Shown here piece after piece: positions 11,146-23,589 of a DNA stretch of 64,000 nucleotides. The first letter of the stretch is position 1. Every line of letters begins with the position of its first letter. Below the pieces are notes generated by a model. It did no database searches. It was not told the DNA's origin and saw nothing but the letters and a program-made list of their open reading frames with translations. This DNA comes from Macrostomum lignano. Lineage: Eukaryota. The translations under genes and the position numbers were made by a program. The DNA lies in NCBI GenBank assembly GCA_002269645.1, contig NIVC01000169.1, positions 186,001 through 250,000 of the forward strand, given 5' to 3'.

Positions 11146-12244
11146 TCATGGTTATGATTCTCAATCGATTGTCAATCTCAAAAGAGCTAAATAGTAAAGC
11201 GTGCCCTTGGATATACATGTTGTTTGATCTTTGGCACCAGTGATCGGCTCAGCCGAATTACAATACAGCGAGTAATATTGGGTGGGCCCAGAAAATTACC
11301 TGGGTGAGTCAAGCCAAGGCGACAGTCGATACGCAACCAGCTGAGCACGCACACGGATACGTACGCAGGTACACGCTCACGCAGGGTGTACAGAGACCCT
11401 GTGGACTAGACTTTCTAATCGTCAGGCATGTACAAAAGTAGTAAAAAAATTACAAAATGTTCGTCTAATGACACTTGAAACTTTATGCTTATAAAAATAT
11501 AAAAATAATTATTTCACTGCATAACTCTAGAAAATACAAGAGTAACATGCTGTGCATGCTAAATTAAAAGAAATGATAATCTTCACCCCAGATCAAAGCC
11601 CCAGATCAAATGCAATCATTGATTTTGTGACCAAAAATGATTTTTCCTATCTCCACAGTGTATTTTTTCCATAGAAATGGGCCTTCAAAAATTGCACGAT
11701 CCTTGTGTGTTGCGTCCTGTTACAGTGATCCTTGATGTACACCATGGAGCTACATGTGGGAGGCTGCTGCTGTAGACACGCAGGCTAATTAAAACAGATA
11801 GACAGGTGCAACAAACTGCAGCGCATAATATCTAGCATGAAAAACGTTAGTTACGCCATATTTCATTACAGATCGCACTAATGGTTGGGATGAATCTACA
11901 CTGTAGCTCGTATGTCGATCATACAATAATGACTGACAATAACAGGTAATATTCTTTGTTGTGGGACGCTGCTGTCACAGTCTGCAACTGTCAGATACAA
12001 TAAGGTCGAACCTGATAAAAACTGTGGCATTTCAAAAAATGTTTCTAATAATACCGAATAGATGCTTTTCTTACAAATACTTCCAATTACTAATTCACAG
12101 GCTGATCATAATTAGCTGTTCGACATTTAATAAAACCTTGTGAAAATACGGCATCTTTGTACTCTGGACTGATATTCATATGATTGAATAAAAAAATTAA
12201 TATCTCAGCATCAACCCTTTATCTCGGGTACCGGGCTGTGTCGT

Positions 12245-14679
12245 TTAAAAGTCGGCCTTGTTGACAACAACTGGCTGCACCCGGTGCCGACCTGTCGGGC
12301 GAATATTTCTGAGCAGCAGAACCAGCGGGTGGATCAGGGACACGCAGGTGAGGCCGGCAAAAATATAGTTAATCTGCGGGGATTCACGGCTTCTATAAGA
12401 GCTGAGACAGAGTCCTGGTTTATTGGACAAGATAATATTTTGAATCTGAGCTCACCCTGTCCGGATTTCGTGAGTCCTGCATCCAGTTTATGAGCGGCAC
12501 AGTCAGAAACATGAATGGCGCCGCAGAGCAGATGATTCCAGTGTACACGATGCCAAAGTTCTCCGGCTTGAAGCTGCAGGATCGGATTAGTGAGCATGGG
12601 TAAAACAGAGATAGTAACAAACTGACTGACAGACGACTCACACAGAGATGCAGTAGTTGCCGAGTGTAGAGTACATGAACGCCCGGAACACTGAGATTGC
12701 AACAAAAGTAGGAATGAGGATTCCTGTGCTGTTTGGCAGCAGCATCAGACAGCTGATCGCTCCGATGAGAGCTGTCAAGGTCAGCGTGGTCACAGTGTTG
12801 AGTTTGTAGGACCGGTGGTTGTTTTGGCGCACTGAAAAATGTCAGAAACATTTATTCGACAGAAGTTTCCTTATTCTCCTGTTAGGAAGTAATGACCATT
12901 AGCTGGTATGTTGCATCCTCACGTGTCGGTATGAACCGCTTCTGCAGATCCAACAGCAAACCGGGAAGCAGCGAGACCAGCGGACTTGTCAGAAAGAAAT
13001 AGCCAAACATGGTAGCGTAGTGTTCCACCAGATCCTTGTCTCCATCGGTGATCAAGTCCACGTATGGATTTAGGAAACCGAAGAAATAGTTGAGCCGTAG
13101 ATTGTTGCAGATCATCCACAGGATCATGAGGAAGAAGTCTGTTGTCAGAAGGAACTGTATGGCCGGGCACCGAGGCTGCTTTTCCTGAAACAAAAACAAT
13201 TTTTTTGATCCGCATGCACTAAACTCGACTCTTCACATGATTTAACTGTTTCGATTGAAACTTAGTGTACAATATTCATCGCTAAAGAGTTACCTAACAA
13301 TTTCCCCTGATAAGTCGATATTGTATTTTATAACTAGAATGAAAGCTAAAATCTGAAGAGAGTTCCTACCTCTATAGCATCGGATGCCTCCTCTGACACG
13401 ACACTGGATTCCGTAGTCCTCGGATCTTGCTGCTGCTGGGCCTCCTTCTTTGACTTGTGGCCGCGCAGCGAAGACAAGCTGATCGTCTGGGGCGCCAGGC
13501 CCGAGTCCAACTGGAGCCGGTTGTACTTTCCCGGGTAGAGGGCGACTGTCAGGCTGATGGTCAGCACGCCGAGGCCTGTGTACACTCCGAATGCGATGAA
13601 GCTGTTAACGTTGCTGCGAGATATTTGCTGAATGAGAGGTTAAAGATAATGGGGTGACTTTGATCTTGAGTATCGTTGTTCGAGATACTCCTTGTACGAG
13701 AGCACAATCCCTCTGCAGATCCTACGTTATAATCTGAATTGCAAGCTCGTCTATTGATACAAACGAGCAAAAAGCTCTGATATGGTTAACTAGTATTGGC
13801 TATGTTTAGCTACTATTGTCGGTATTGGCACTCTAATCAGCTACCCAACTGCTCACCACAAGCACTGATGTCACCATAGTGCAGGCATCGAACAGGCCGC
13901 TAATTATCGAAGCAACCACGAACGGAAACTTCACCATGGTTGACAGCTGCAGGTTGGACATGACCACCTGAATACCTGAGATTCCCAGCATCATTGTGCC
14001 AGGAAATATCAGCCAATCGACGCCTGAAAGATTGTTTCCAGGGCGATCATTCCACAGATTTAACTGCTGGGAGAGACAACGTTTATAAATGGCAATTAGA
14101 TAATGAAGTCGTAAATTCATTAAAATGACTTAAACTCCATAATACACTGTCAAGGAGGGCTGCGATAGATTAAAAAGTTTTTATAGCATGGTACCAGCAG
14201 ACTATTTTTAGATAGAAAATATGAAAGTTTTGTTCCCCTCTGTGGGTGCTTTGCTTTCTATGCTCTTCTCTTTGCATTTATTAGTGCCATTTCTCACCTG
14301 GCTGCACCAGCGTGAAGCAGAGGCTTCCCAGTCCGAACAGCGCCGCAGCGATGGTCTTCACCACTCGGAAGCCCCAACGGTCCAGGATGAACCCGGATGC
14401 GACATTGCCGAACGGTGTCACCACCTGGGTGATGGTGAACGCCAGAGTGATCTGATCGCGCGCTGCCGAACATCTAGCGGTGGCGTTGGCGCCAGCTGTG
14501 ACATTGGGTGCGCACAGGTGGCCGTAGACACCGCGGTCATTGAGCACGGGAACCAGAGAGACCACGCCATAGAATAGACCGGAGAAGAGCAGAGTCTCGA
14601 GCATGGCGAGACCGATGGTGACGGCGATGCGCAGGTCGGAAGGCGCTGCTGGAAGTGGCTTCTTCTTGCTGTCTGACAT
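12245..14679 (-). CDS. SLC43-family MFS transporter (LAT3/LAT4/ENBT1-like), paralogue 1, 501 aa
   Basis: Exons 14679-14298, 14023-13857, 13627-13370, 13184-12923, 12831-12642, 12573-12456 and 12373-12245 are all GT-AG and total 1506 nt in frame. SLC43-type N-terminus LETLLFSGLFYG.VSL..VL..RGVYGHLC and GFILDRWGFRVVK; multiple hydrophobic helices. Confidence 0.85.
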
Positions 14680-16213
14680 GCTTAAAGAAGCGTTTGTGTC
14701 AGTAAGTTGGTCTTAAAGTCGAGGTTGCACTTGAACTGAGCGTAAAATGAACTTTGCCTAAACTTTAATCATTCAGTTTTATAGCTGGTAGTTACTTTCG
14801 GCTTTGCAGATATATGCATGTACGCTCGCTATGCGACAGCAAGATTGCAAACCATTAGAAATCCAACTGACTGGATTCAATCTTGGCGGAGGCTCAAAAG
14901 GGGTTCGGTTGGGTTCGCTCAGTGTGGCATGGAGTTTTATCTTTGCTTGTAATTTGCCAAGCAGAGTGAGGGCAAGGCAGATATTTTTCAGGAGAAGCCT
15001 GCTCTCACTTGGAAAGTTGTAATTTACGAGCACGACTGTCACTGAATTTCGCTTTAGTAGAATCATTCACGCCAACCAGTGAGTGATCCAGCGAAAAGAG
15101 TTGCAGGTTCTGCTGTTTGGAGCTAAGCAGTCGTACTCTACAAGCAGACTTCGTGGCAATGAATCAAGAGAAAATTGATTGCATTTTCTTGTGACTAAAC
15201 GCTAGCAAGCGCATATCGTTTCTCACAAGTTAAGAGAAACTGTTTTCAACTGTCTACTATTAGTAATAAGAAAGTATAACAAGATTATCTAAAACTTTAA
15301 CAGAATGCCTCTTATACAAGAAATGGTTATCAAAATTACTCTGCCGGATGAAGCATCTCTTTATTTGCGGGACAAGAATCCAATTATTGTAAAGGATACT
15401 TTTGCGAAAAATAAAAGACTTTTGGAACGTAAGACGGTGGAATTTGATATGGGTCTAGAAAATAGACTAACAGTTTCTGAGGAAATGGCTCGAGTCTATG
15501 AGCATGCTAAATTTCTTTCAAAGTGATTTGCTAATTGGCGATCCTGCTCCCAGGGCCGGACTCACCCGGCTGCTTCGCTCCTCTTCCTCTTGCTCATAAA
15601 TCGCTATGATTACTCGTAAAACTTCGAGTCACGAGTGACTACCTCGGTGGAAACCTCTGTGTGACTTGTTAGCCTTCAGCTCTCACTGCATCAACTGCAC
15701 GGGGGCCCGCTGCTCAGTATCCATCAGTTTGCTATTGAAATAAAAGCAATGCAAGTATTTTATAAACACTTTAGTCCCACCCTTTGAGCTGAAGACGTGC
15801 TCGAGAATGCAGATTTCTTAGAGGTTGAGCAAGTCGTTTTGTTAAAAATTGAAACCATCACGACAGTTCTGAATCAATTCATCGTGGCAAAATTCAAGAT
15901 TTGGGATAAACCAATTTGGGATAAACACCCTTCCGTATTTATGGAAATAAAAATTGCAATTGAGTCCGATCCAGCTGTTGCTAAATGTAAACGTTATTTT
16001 TTGACATTAGCTCGTAAACATCAGAATCGAGCAAAATAGAATTCACACTATTATTAGAATGAAGTCGTAACTGTATCTTACAACATCTGCGTTGCCCAAG
16101 CTGTCAAGAAGTTGCTATTACATCAACTGGAGAAAACCACTGACCCAAAACACTGGATGATTTATTCGCTGTCAATGCAATCCAAAGTTAGTTTCAATAA
16201 ATAACTATTAACT

Positions 16214-16541
16214 GGAGGGGTTGTAGCCTAGTGGCTACAGAGCCGGACTCACGACTGGAAGGTCGGCTGTTCGATTCGCAACCCACTCGGAGCAATTTGT
16301 GTCCTTGAGCAAGACATTTAACTCTGCATTGCTTCAGTTCACCCAGCTGTAAAATGGGTGCCAGCATTAGCTGGGGTAATTGAGGGTGTGTGGCGACCCC
16401 CCAGTCCTTGGACTGAACAGCCGTACGCAGCCTTCAGATGCGCCGCGCAATAGCTGCGACTGACGTCTCGGTTGTACATCCGCCTAATTGGGGCAGGTGT
16501 AATCAATATTAATAATAATAATAACTATAATAATAATATTA
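16214..16541 (+). mobile_element. SINE family A (tRNA head + CORE domain + ATT/AAT tail), full length
   Basis: A box tagcctagtgg, B box gttcgattc, CORE-like ccttgagcaagacatttaactc...cagttcacccagctgtaaaatggg, tail gggcaggtgtaatc(aat)n. Confidence 0.9.
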
Positions 16542-16665
16542 TATCTGCGCAGAAAACCAGCAATGCAATAAACCGAAACCGAAAAACAGAGACAGAAAAC
16601 CCTTAAACCGAAAAAACTGAGCCACCCAGCATCGAAGAAAAATTTCTCAGGAACTTCAGAATTTC

Positions 16666-19600
16666 TCAAAAGCGCGTGTCAAAGTCAACTTCGTTGATGA
16701 TAACTGGCTGCACCCGGTGCCGACCTGTCGAGCGAATATTTCTGAGCAGCAGAACCAGCGGGTGGATCAGGGACACGCAGGTGAGGCCGGCAAGGATGCA
16801 GTTAATCTGCGGTAATTGACAGCTTCTTTGATAACCTTTTCGGTTGAAAGTATACCGAGTTCAAAAACTGGCAAATCCAAGAGTGCTGAGCTCACCGTGT
16901 CCGGGTCGCTCGACTCCTGCAACCACTGAGTGAGCGGCACAGTCAGGAATGCGAAAGGCGCCATTGTGCAGATGATTGCACAGTAAACTGTGCCAAAGTT
17001 CTCCGGCTTGAAGCTGCAAGATCGGGTTGCGTTAAGATTGATAAAGAAACTGACAGGCAAAAGAATTGACAGAGATATAATCCGACAGGCGGTCGGGTAT
17101 ACAGTTCTGCTGCAGACTCACACAGAGATGCAGTAGTTGCCGAGCGTAGAGTACATGAACGCCCGGAACACTGAGATTGCAACAAAAGTAGGAATGAGGA
17201 TTCCTGTGCTGTTTGGCAGCATCATCAGACAGCTGATCGCTCCGATGAGAGCTGTCAAGGTCAGCGTGGTCACAGTGTTGAGCTTGTATGATCGGTGGCT
17301 GTTCTGGCGCACTGAAACGGGCAGGTGAGTTTGCAAGTAGAGTAGTGCATGCTTTGGCGGCTTTCTTACTTAGAATAATAAACGAAGCAAAAGACAATGC
17401 CATAAATTTGCTTTTTAATGGCGGGCACATACGAGGTCATGCTAGGGAGAGTCGTTACTTGGAAGTTGCTATGAGCTAGCTTACAAAAAACTTGAGGTGG
17501 GGTCTGAGTCAGTACTCTGCAGAGACCCCAACTCGTTCACCCTGAGGTGACCCCAAATCTTATAGTTGGGGTACACCTCCCCATACAAGGGGAGCTGCGC
17601 CGTCAACCAGTTAGGCAGTTACGCATTAGAGTGCTGGCGCACACGCTTGCACCCGTCGCAAGCAGACGGTCCCGCCAATCCGCTTTTTGATTGCGATTCT
17701 CCGCCAGGGAGAGAATAAGCTAATAGCCATATTTACGTAGCATATTTTTGGCACTGACAATACACTGGAAAACAGATCTATCCTTACGTGTCGGTATGAA
17801 CCGCTTCTGCAGGTCCAGCAGCAAACCGGGAAGCAGCGAGACCAGCGGACTTGTCAGAAAAAAATAGCCAAACATGGTAGCGTAGTGCTCCACCAGATTC
17901 TTGTCTCCATCGGTGATCAAGTCCACGTAGTCGTTTAAAGAGCCGAAGAAATAGCTTAGCCGCAGGCTGTTGCAGATCATCCACAGGACCATGAGGAAGA
18001 AGTCTGTTGTCAGAAGGAACTGTATGGCTGAGCAGCGAGGATTTCTTTCCTGAAAAACCCAATTGCATTTCGTCTAGCTGAAGATAAAAAATACTCAAAT
18101 ATTCGTAGCAGAATTGTGAGCACCCTGGCTCAACGCCTTCAGCAGTATTGTCCCTGCTGACCCTGAGCACATACGAGCTGCAAGCACGCGAATACTGTAC
18201 GCAGCAACGCACTCAAACACACCGTCACAGTGTGTAAAGCAGCCTTGACTTTCTAATCGTCTGTCTAATCGTCTGACTTGTGTACAATTTTTCGTACACA
18301 AGCCCCGAATGAATGTCTTTGCGCACGGAATCAAGCCGGGGTAGTGACGCGAGAGTCAGACGAGTTTACCTCTGAGGTGCTCTGCCCCCACCTCATTGAC
18401 GTAACTTCAAACTAAGTATTACTAAGTCTGTTACTATTCAAATAAGAGGTTGCCAACCTCGCTGGCATCAAAGATCTCAGTGGGTTTCACGTTTGATTCA
18501 TTCTTCTCTTCATGTTGCTGCTGCTGAGTTTCCTTGTTCGAGTTGCAACTGGGTTTCTGTTTCTGGGTCGCCGGGCCTGAGTCCACCTGGAGCCGGTTGT
18601 ACTTTCCAGGGTAGAGGGCGACAGTCAGGCTGATAGTCAGCACACCGAGACCTGTGTACACTCCAAATGCGATGAAGCTGTTGACGTTGCTGCGAGATAT
18701 TTGCTGAATAAGAGGTAAGAGATGAGAGGGTAATGTTGTCTAATAGGTGTTGAGTATCATTCAAGATGGACATGGGCACACTTATGATTAGCTATTATGG
18801 CTTCTAGTTAGCATTAGTGCACTGAGTCATCTATCTGTTCACCTTAAGCACTGAGGTCACCATTGTGCAGGCATCGAACAGGCCGCTAATTATCGAAGCG
18901 ACCACGAACGGAAATTTCACCATGGTTGACAGCTGCAGGTTGGACATGATGATCTGAACGCCGGAGATTCCTAGCATGATTGTGCCAGGAAATATCAGCC
19001 AGTCGACTCCTATCAAATTTTAATGTTGGAATTAAGTGAAAACTTTTATGGTTTAAGGTACGGAAAAATGATTCAATCAGGTTGTTTTCTAGAGTATTTA
19101 CGTGTAGTATGCAACAAATTTCCATCATTTTCAAGATACACTCTAGTGTCATTCCAATAACAAATCAACGAAAAAGTCAGCATGCAAAATTCGAGCTTGT
19201 TTTGGAAGGTCAATTTAGGGTCAGGCACTGCAGACAAGCTCCAGCCTTTCTGTAGAGGTTGTGAGAAGTCTTGTCAGTTCCGATAAAACGAATCATATGG
19301 TTGAAGCAGCCACCAATGCAGGATAGTCTATAGGCGTAGCGCTGTACAGAGCCTCGGATCAGATGAGGGTACATTTCTAGACGGGATTGCAGACGTACAA
19401 AAGCTTTGTGACTGCGTAACAAGTGCGTTTCATTCCATAGATTCGACTCCGTCCGATTCAAACAACTAAGTAACAACTCTAGCGACTGAGCCTGAGCGAA
19501 ATTTCTATTTTTAGCTGACAACGGGAGGCGTAGCAGCAGAAGCAGCTCAAACCAGACCGTCTCCCAGTGCAAATTAAAAGTGCAAGGCTTAAGCCAAGGC

Positions 19601-20338
19601 AAGACAACAAAATTAACTTATGTCAAAGAGTACTTCATGTACTATCCAGCCCTCGGCTTCGTTCGCGTTACAATAATAGAGTCTACCTATGAGTACTGGA
19701 GTTGCTGACTGTTATATTATAAATAGTTGTGATAATCAGGTTTAACTACTACAGTTAAGAAGGTTTCTAAAGCAAAAATTAAGCCGTAAAATCTGACTAT
19801 GCTGTGTCTTTAAAAAACAGCTGACTCCTAAAGATTCGTAGACGAGGGACAATGGTGTCAATTAGCATTCATTCAGTCGCTTTTTAAATTTACGTAGCCG
19901 TGACTCAGTACAGCGCATCCCCGATATCAATCTCTCCCGCCATTCACACCACTCACCCGGCTGCACCAGCGTGAAGCAGAGGCTTCCCAGTCCGAACAGC
20001 GCCGCAGCGATGGTCTTCACCACTCGGAAGCCCCAACGGTCCAGGATGAACCCGGATGCGACATTGCCGAACGGTGTCACCACCTGGGTGATGGTGAACG
20101 CCAGAGTGATCTGATCGCGCGCTGCAGAACAGCTAGCGGTGGCGTTGGCGCCAGCTGTGACATTGGGTGCGCACAGGTGGCCGTAGACACCGCGGTCATT
20201 GAACACGGGAACCAGAGAGACCACGCCATAGAATAGACCGGAGAAGAGCAGAGTCTCGAGCATGGCGAGACCGATGGTGACGGCGATGCGCAGGTCGGAA
20301 GGCGCTGACTGAGGCGGCTTCTTCTCGCTGTCAGACAT
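16666..20338 (-). CDS. SLC43-family transporter, paralogue 2, 501 aa
   Basis: Exons 20338-19957, 19009-18843, 18703-18458, 18049-17788, 17311-17122, 17013-16896 and 16806-16666. Intron positions and phases match paralogue 1; 1506 nt in frame. Confidence 0.85.
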
Positions 20339-21383
20339 GGCTGATGTACTTTATTGTTTCTTCAACAGCTGGAGCTCAGTTAATAGGAAGAAGGTTTATT
20401 TTAAGCTGAGTTGTTTTAAGCGGTTTGCGGAGGGTACAGAGGGGGAACCGCAGCCAGTGAGAACAGGTTACAGACTTGCACTTAGCTGCCGACTTTGAAG
20501 AGTTCTTTGACTATACCGACTAGATTTGATCGAGCGCACCTGTGTCCTCTAATATAGAGATGTCCTCTAATATCCATGGAGATTTTTGAACAGTCATTGT
20601 TAATTGAGCGTACTCGTACTAACCAATGTGTTTATTAATGTTTCTAGCCAAGATTTTATTGGTCGCAAAGTGCAGTGCCCAATGAGAAATTGAGTTGTAA
20701 TGGTTCTAGATTTGATATTGCTTAAATGTTTAAAATTATTTAATATTGCTAAATGTGTTATAAATTTTTTTAAATACAATTTTGTTTATATTATAATTAC
20801 TACTATTTTCGGGGTTCGGGGTTAGGTGTTCGGGTTTGGGTTTTCGGGTCGGGTTTAGGGTCGGGTTTTCGGGGTTTTTGGGTTCAAAGGAAATATAAAC
20901 TTTAGCTATTTTAAAAATAAAATTCTCCCAATGTCGTTATGCAACGCTTTTTAAGTATAAAAAGGCGAATATTTAAACTTCGAAAAACCGAAATCAATGC
21001 CAATTACCAAGTCTTCCTAACTGCGCCCATTACATGTAGTCCCCATTTGGTCGAACCTATGCTATGCAATTGTTATAAATAATTATAATAGTAAATAACG
21101 ACCAATTTTTTTGTTATTGAGGTAGATGCAAAAGTTTTTAATTAGAAATTTAAGGGTGTTCAGCATTTATTATTTATTTATTTTTCTTTATTTACTTTAT
21201 TTTTCCAAAAGCACAATATAATTTTTATGCCTTTATGCTACTGGCATTGCAGCTGGGAGGGTACAGAATATCATTTCTATGAGAGGAGATGTTTATACTT
21301 CTATTAGCACTGAACAATTTTAGGGGAGATCTTTCTGGCCAGTGAGGAATCAAGCGCGCCACTACAGACAAAAATGAGTGCTA

Positions 21384-23589
21384 CGAGGGATACTCCAAAA
21401 GTTTTGCAATTCCACTAGTTTAAGTTACTACTGTCAAATTTCTCTATTATAATCTTTCAAAGTAGGCTCCCCAGAACTGAAAACACTTGTGCGCTCGTCC
21501 GAGCCACTTGTTTATGAGGCCCTGAAACTCTTTAATTAGGAAGCTACCAATCGCTTTCTTCGACGCCTGCTCAAGCTCCTCGTCGGACTGAATCCTGCGC
21601 CCCCTAAGCGACTTTTTGACTTCTGGAATAAGTCAGAAGTCACAGAGGGCGAGGCCTCGGGAGTAGGGCGGGTGTGGTAGCGTTGCAATGCTCTCTTAGT
21701 CCAGTAGCGCTTGAGTTGCAGCAGGTGTGTGGGCGGGGGCTTGTCGCGGTGAAGCTTCCACCCTCGCTAAAATCACGACTAGCAAGCACACTTCAGTATA
21801 CCATCGAGCAGTGACTGTAGCTTGACCCTCCAGCTTTACCATCGCCACTACGCCCTGGGAATCGAAGAAGAAGGCAAACATCCGCTTGTCCCGGCCCTGG
21901 GACCGGGACCATCTTGCCTTCAGGGTTCGTTGCCCACCTCCAGCCACCCACTCTGCACTTCTGCGCTTTGTCTCGCCGTCAAAATGATACAGAAACATCT
22001 CATCACCAGTGATGACTTCAGAACGGTGATGATGGCTACCGTGCTCATATCGATCGATGAGAAACTCGCAGAACTCTATGCGGGCCTGTTTCTTAGCACC
22101 TGTCAGGATGTAGGTATCCATCTTGCAAAAAGGTTCCTGATTGTCAGGTGATCGTGTAGAATCGTAACGACCGCTGCCGATCCGATGCCAATGTAGAGAT
22201 CTCCAAACACGGTAGCCTACTAGAAGTAGTAAGATAAAATTATGAACACCAATTTAAAAATAGCTATGCGTGATACTCTATTTTTAGTAATACCAGTAAC
22301 ATCACGCAGACAGCGAGTGACTATGCTACTGTTCGAAAAACTGGTTCTCAACATCTATTTTTAGAACTTTCAAATATGGTACATGTTAACCTGAATGTGA
22401 CCCAAGTCTCACCCTTTTCTATTCAAAAACCCCACCTGTCAAATAATAAAATTCCTTTTGTGACCTCATCAAAAAACCGGTTTTGAGCTCAAGGTCAACT
22501 CAAGGAGTCAAGGCCGATAAATTGTGTATAAATGCAAACGCAAAGTCCGAGCTAAAAATCTCAGACTCGGAGCAGCCTCCAAAGATCTTGGGCTTTGCAA
22601 GAGCAGCCAAACGAGGCTATATCTCTGAGGAAGAGATAAACACCAATTGGTAAGCTTTGTTCGAGTCTTCGTTATTTGATTTTTGAGAGCGATTGTTATT
22701 GCCGGCCGTTACTGTTCAGTTGATTTTATTGATTTTATTGAGTTTGAGGCCTCCCTTTTCCTAAGGGATTGGATGGGATCTGCGGACCGATTCCGATACC
22801 CTTAAAGGATTATCGATTGATTGATTTGGTTTTCCTAGAGTAACCGATAGGAGCACACGACTCCGATTCCGTTATTTCTAGAAGAAGACGCCCTTTCTGG
22901 AGGATCTCGTTATTGTTATAGAGTTGACTTTGTTACTAGGGCGCGTCTCTGATTTCTGCAATCGAGGAATACTTCGACGTCGACGGATTAAATTGTTACG
23001 CTCTCACGTTCGGCCGATTTATAGAATTCAAGAAGACTACTCCGGATTTGAGAAACGAGCTCGGAGAACCTGCCAACAAAGAAGAGGAGCCCGCAACAGT
23101 AAGTGATCACTGCATTCTGTTCCCAGGCTTAACGTCTGGAAGTGAGAGTTTTTTGAGTGACTGATCACCACCCGATTAAACTTTTCACCGACATTCATAT
23201 CTAACATGTCCGTGGTGATTCGCTGAACCTGATGGATCAGCTCCTGTACTGCATCGATGGTTTCTTCCGTCACTGCTGTCGGAGGTCTCCCGGGCCGGGG
23301 GTCGTCAGAAAAACTGGTCCTGCCGGCCTGGAACTCGCGGTACCAACGTGAAACTGTAGCATATGTGCTACAGCGCTTGAGTCTCCGATGCTGCCAGTAA
23401 CTCGGCATGAGTCTCAAGCGCCGTGAGCTTTCGCTCGCAATTCAATTCCATGGCTGCAGCTGTACAGTTAAGGAGTCACTGACTTTGAATAGGGGCTGTG
23501 CAGGCGTATATGCATAAATTAACTTTAAAATTGAGGTACGGACTATACGCGCAAGTGGTTGAATTGCAAAACTTGTGAAGTAACCCTCG
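21384..23589 (-). mobile_element. Degenerate mariner (Tc1/mariner) DNA transposon interrupted by a ~1-kb insert
   Basis: 29-bp TIRs CGAGGG.TACT.CA.AAGTTTTGCAATTC (21384-21412 and 23561-23589, 3 mismatches) flanked by TA. Transposase remnants include RWYREFQAGRTSFSDDPRPGRP, ILHDHLTIRNLFARWIP, VITGDE, FFFDSQGVV and PHPPYSRGLALCDF (YSPDL region), with stops and frameshifts. Confidence 0.9.
22384..23206 (-). mobile_element. Possible solo LTR (TGTTA...TAACA) nested in the mariner
   Basis: Ends TGTTAA and CTAACA with an imperfect extended inverted repeat. Minus-strand TATAAAT at ~23018 and tandem AATAAA at ~22725-22740. No clean TSD, and ~180 bp of extra non-mariner sequence lies to its left. Confidence 0.4.

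Noticed and set aside
8318-11243. Very long ORFs (607, 931, 739 and 345 aa) of RMPASGCQPQDASL repeats
   Set aside because: The monomers (14 and 17 bp) are not multiples of three and lack stops, so all forward frames give the same peptide. This is expected of a satellite and is not evidence of coding.
16214-16290. tRNA-like sequences at SINE heads (also 33526, 44066, 52116, 53140-53197, 58834)
   Set aside because: No consistent cloverleaf or acceptor stem, and each continues into a shared SINE body; these are not tRNA genes.
20805-20885. G-rich ttcggg/tttaggg telomere-like stretch
   Set aside because: Short and degenerate, with no TTAGGG array. More likely a transposon subterminal motif; not enough to call.
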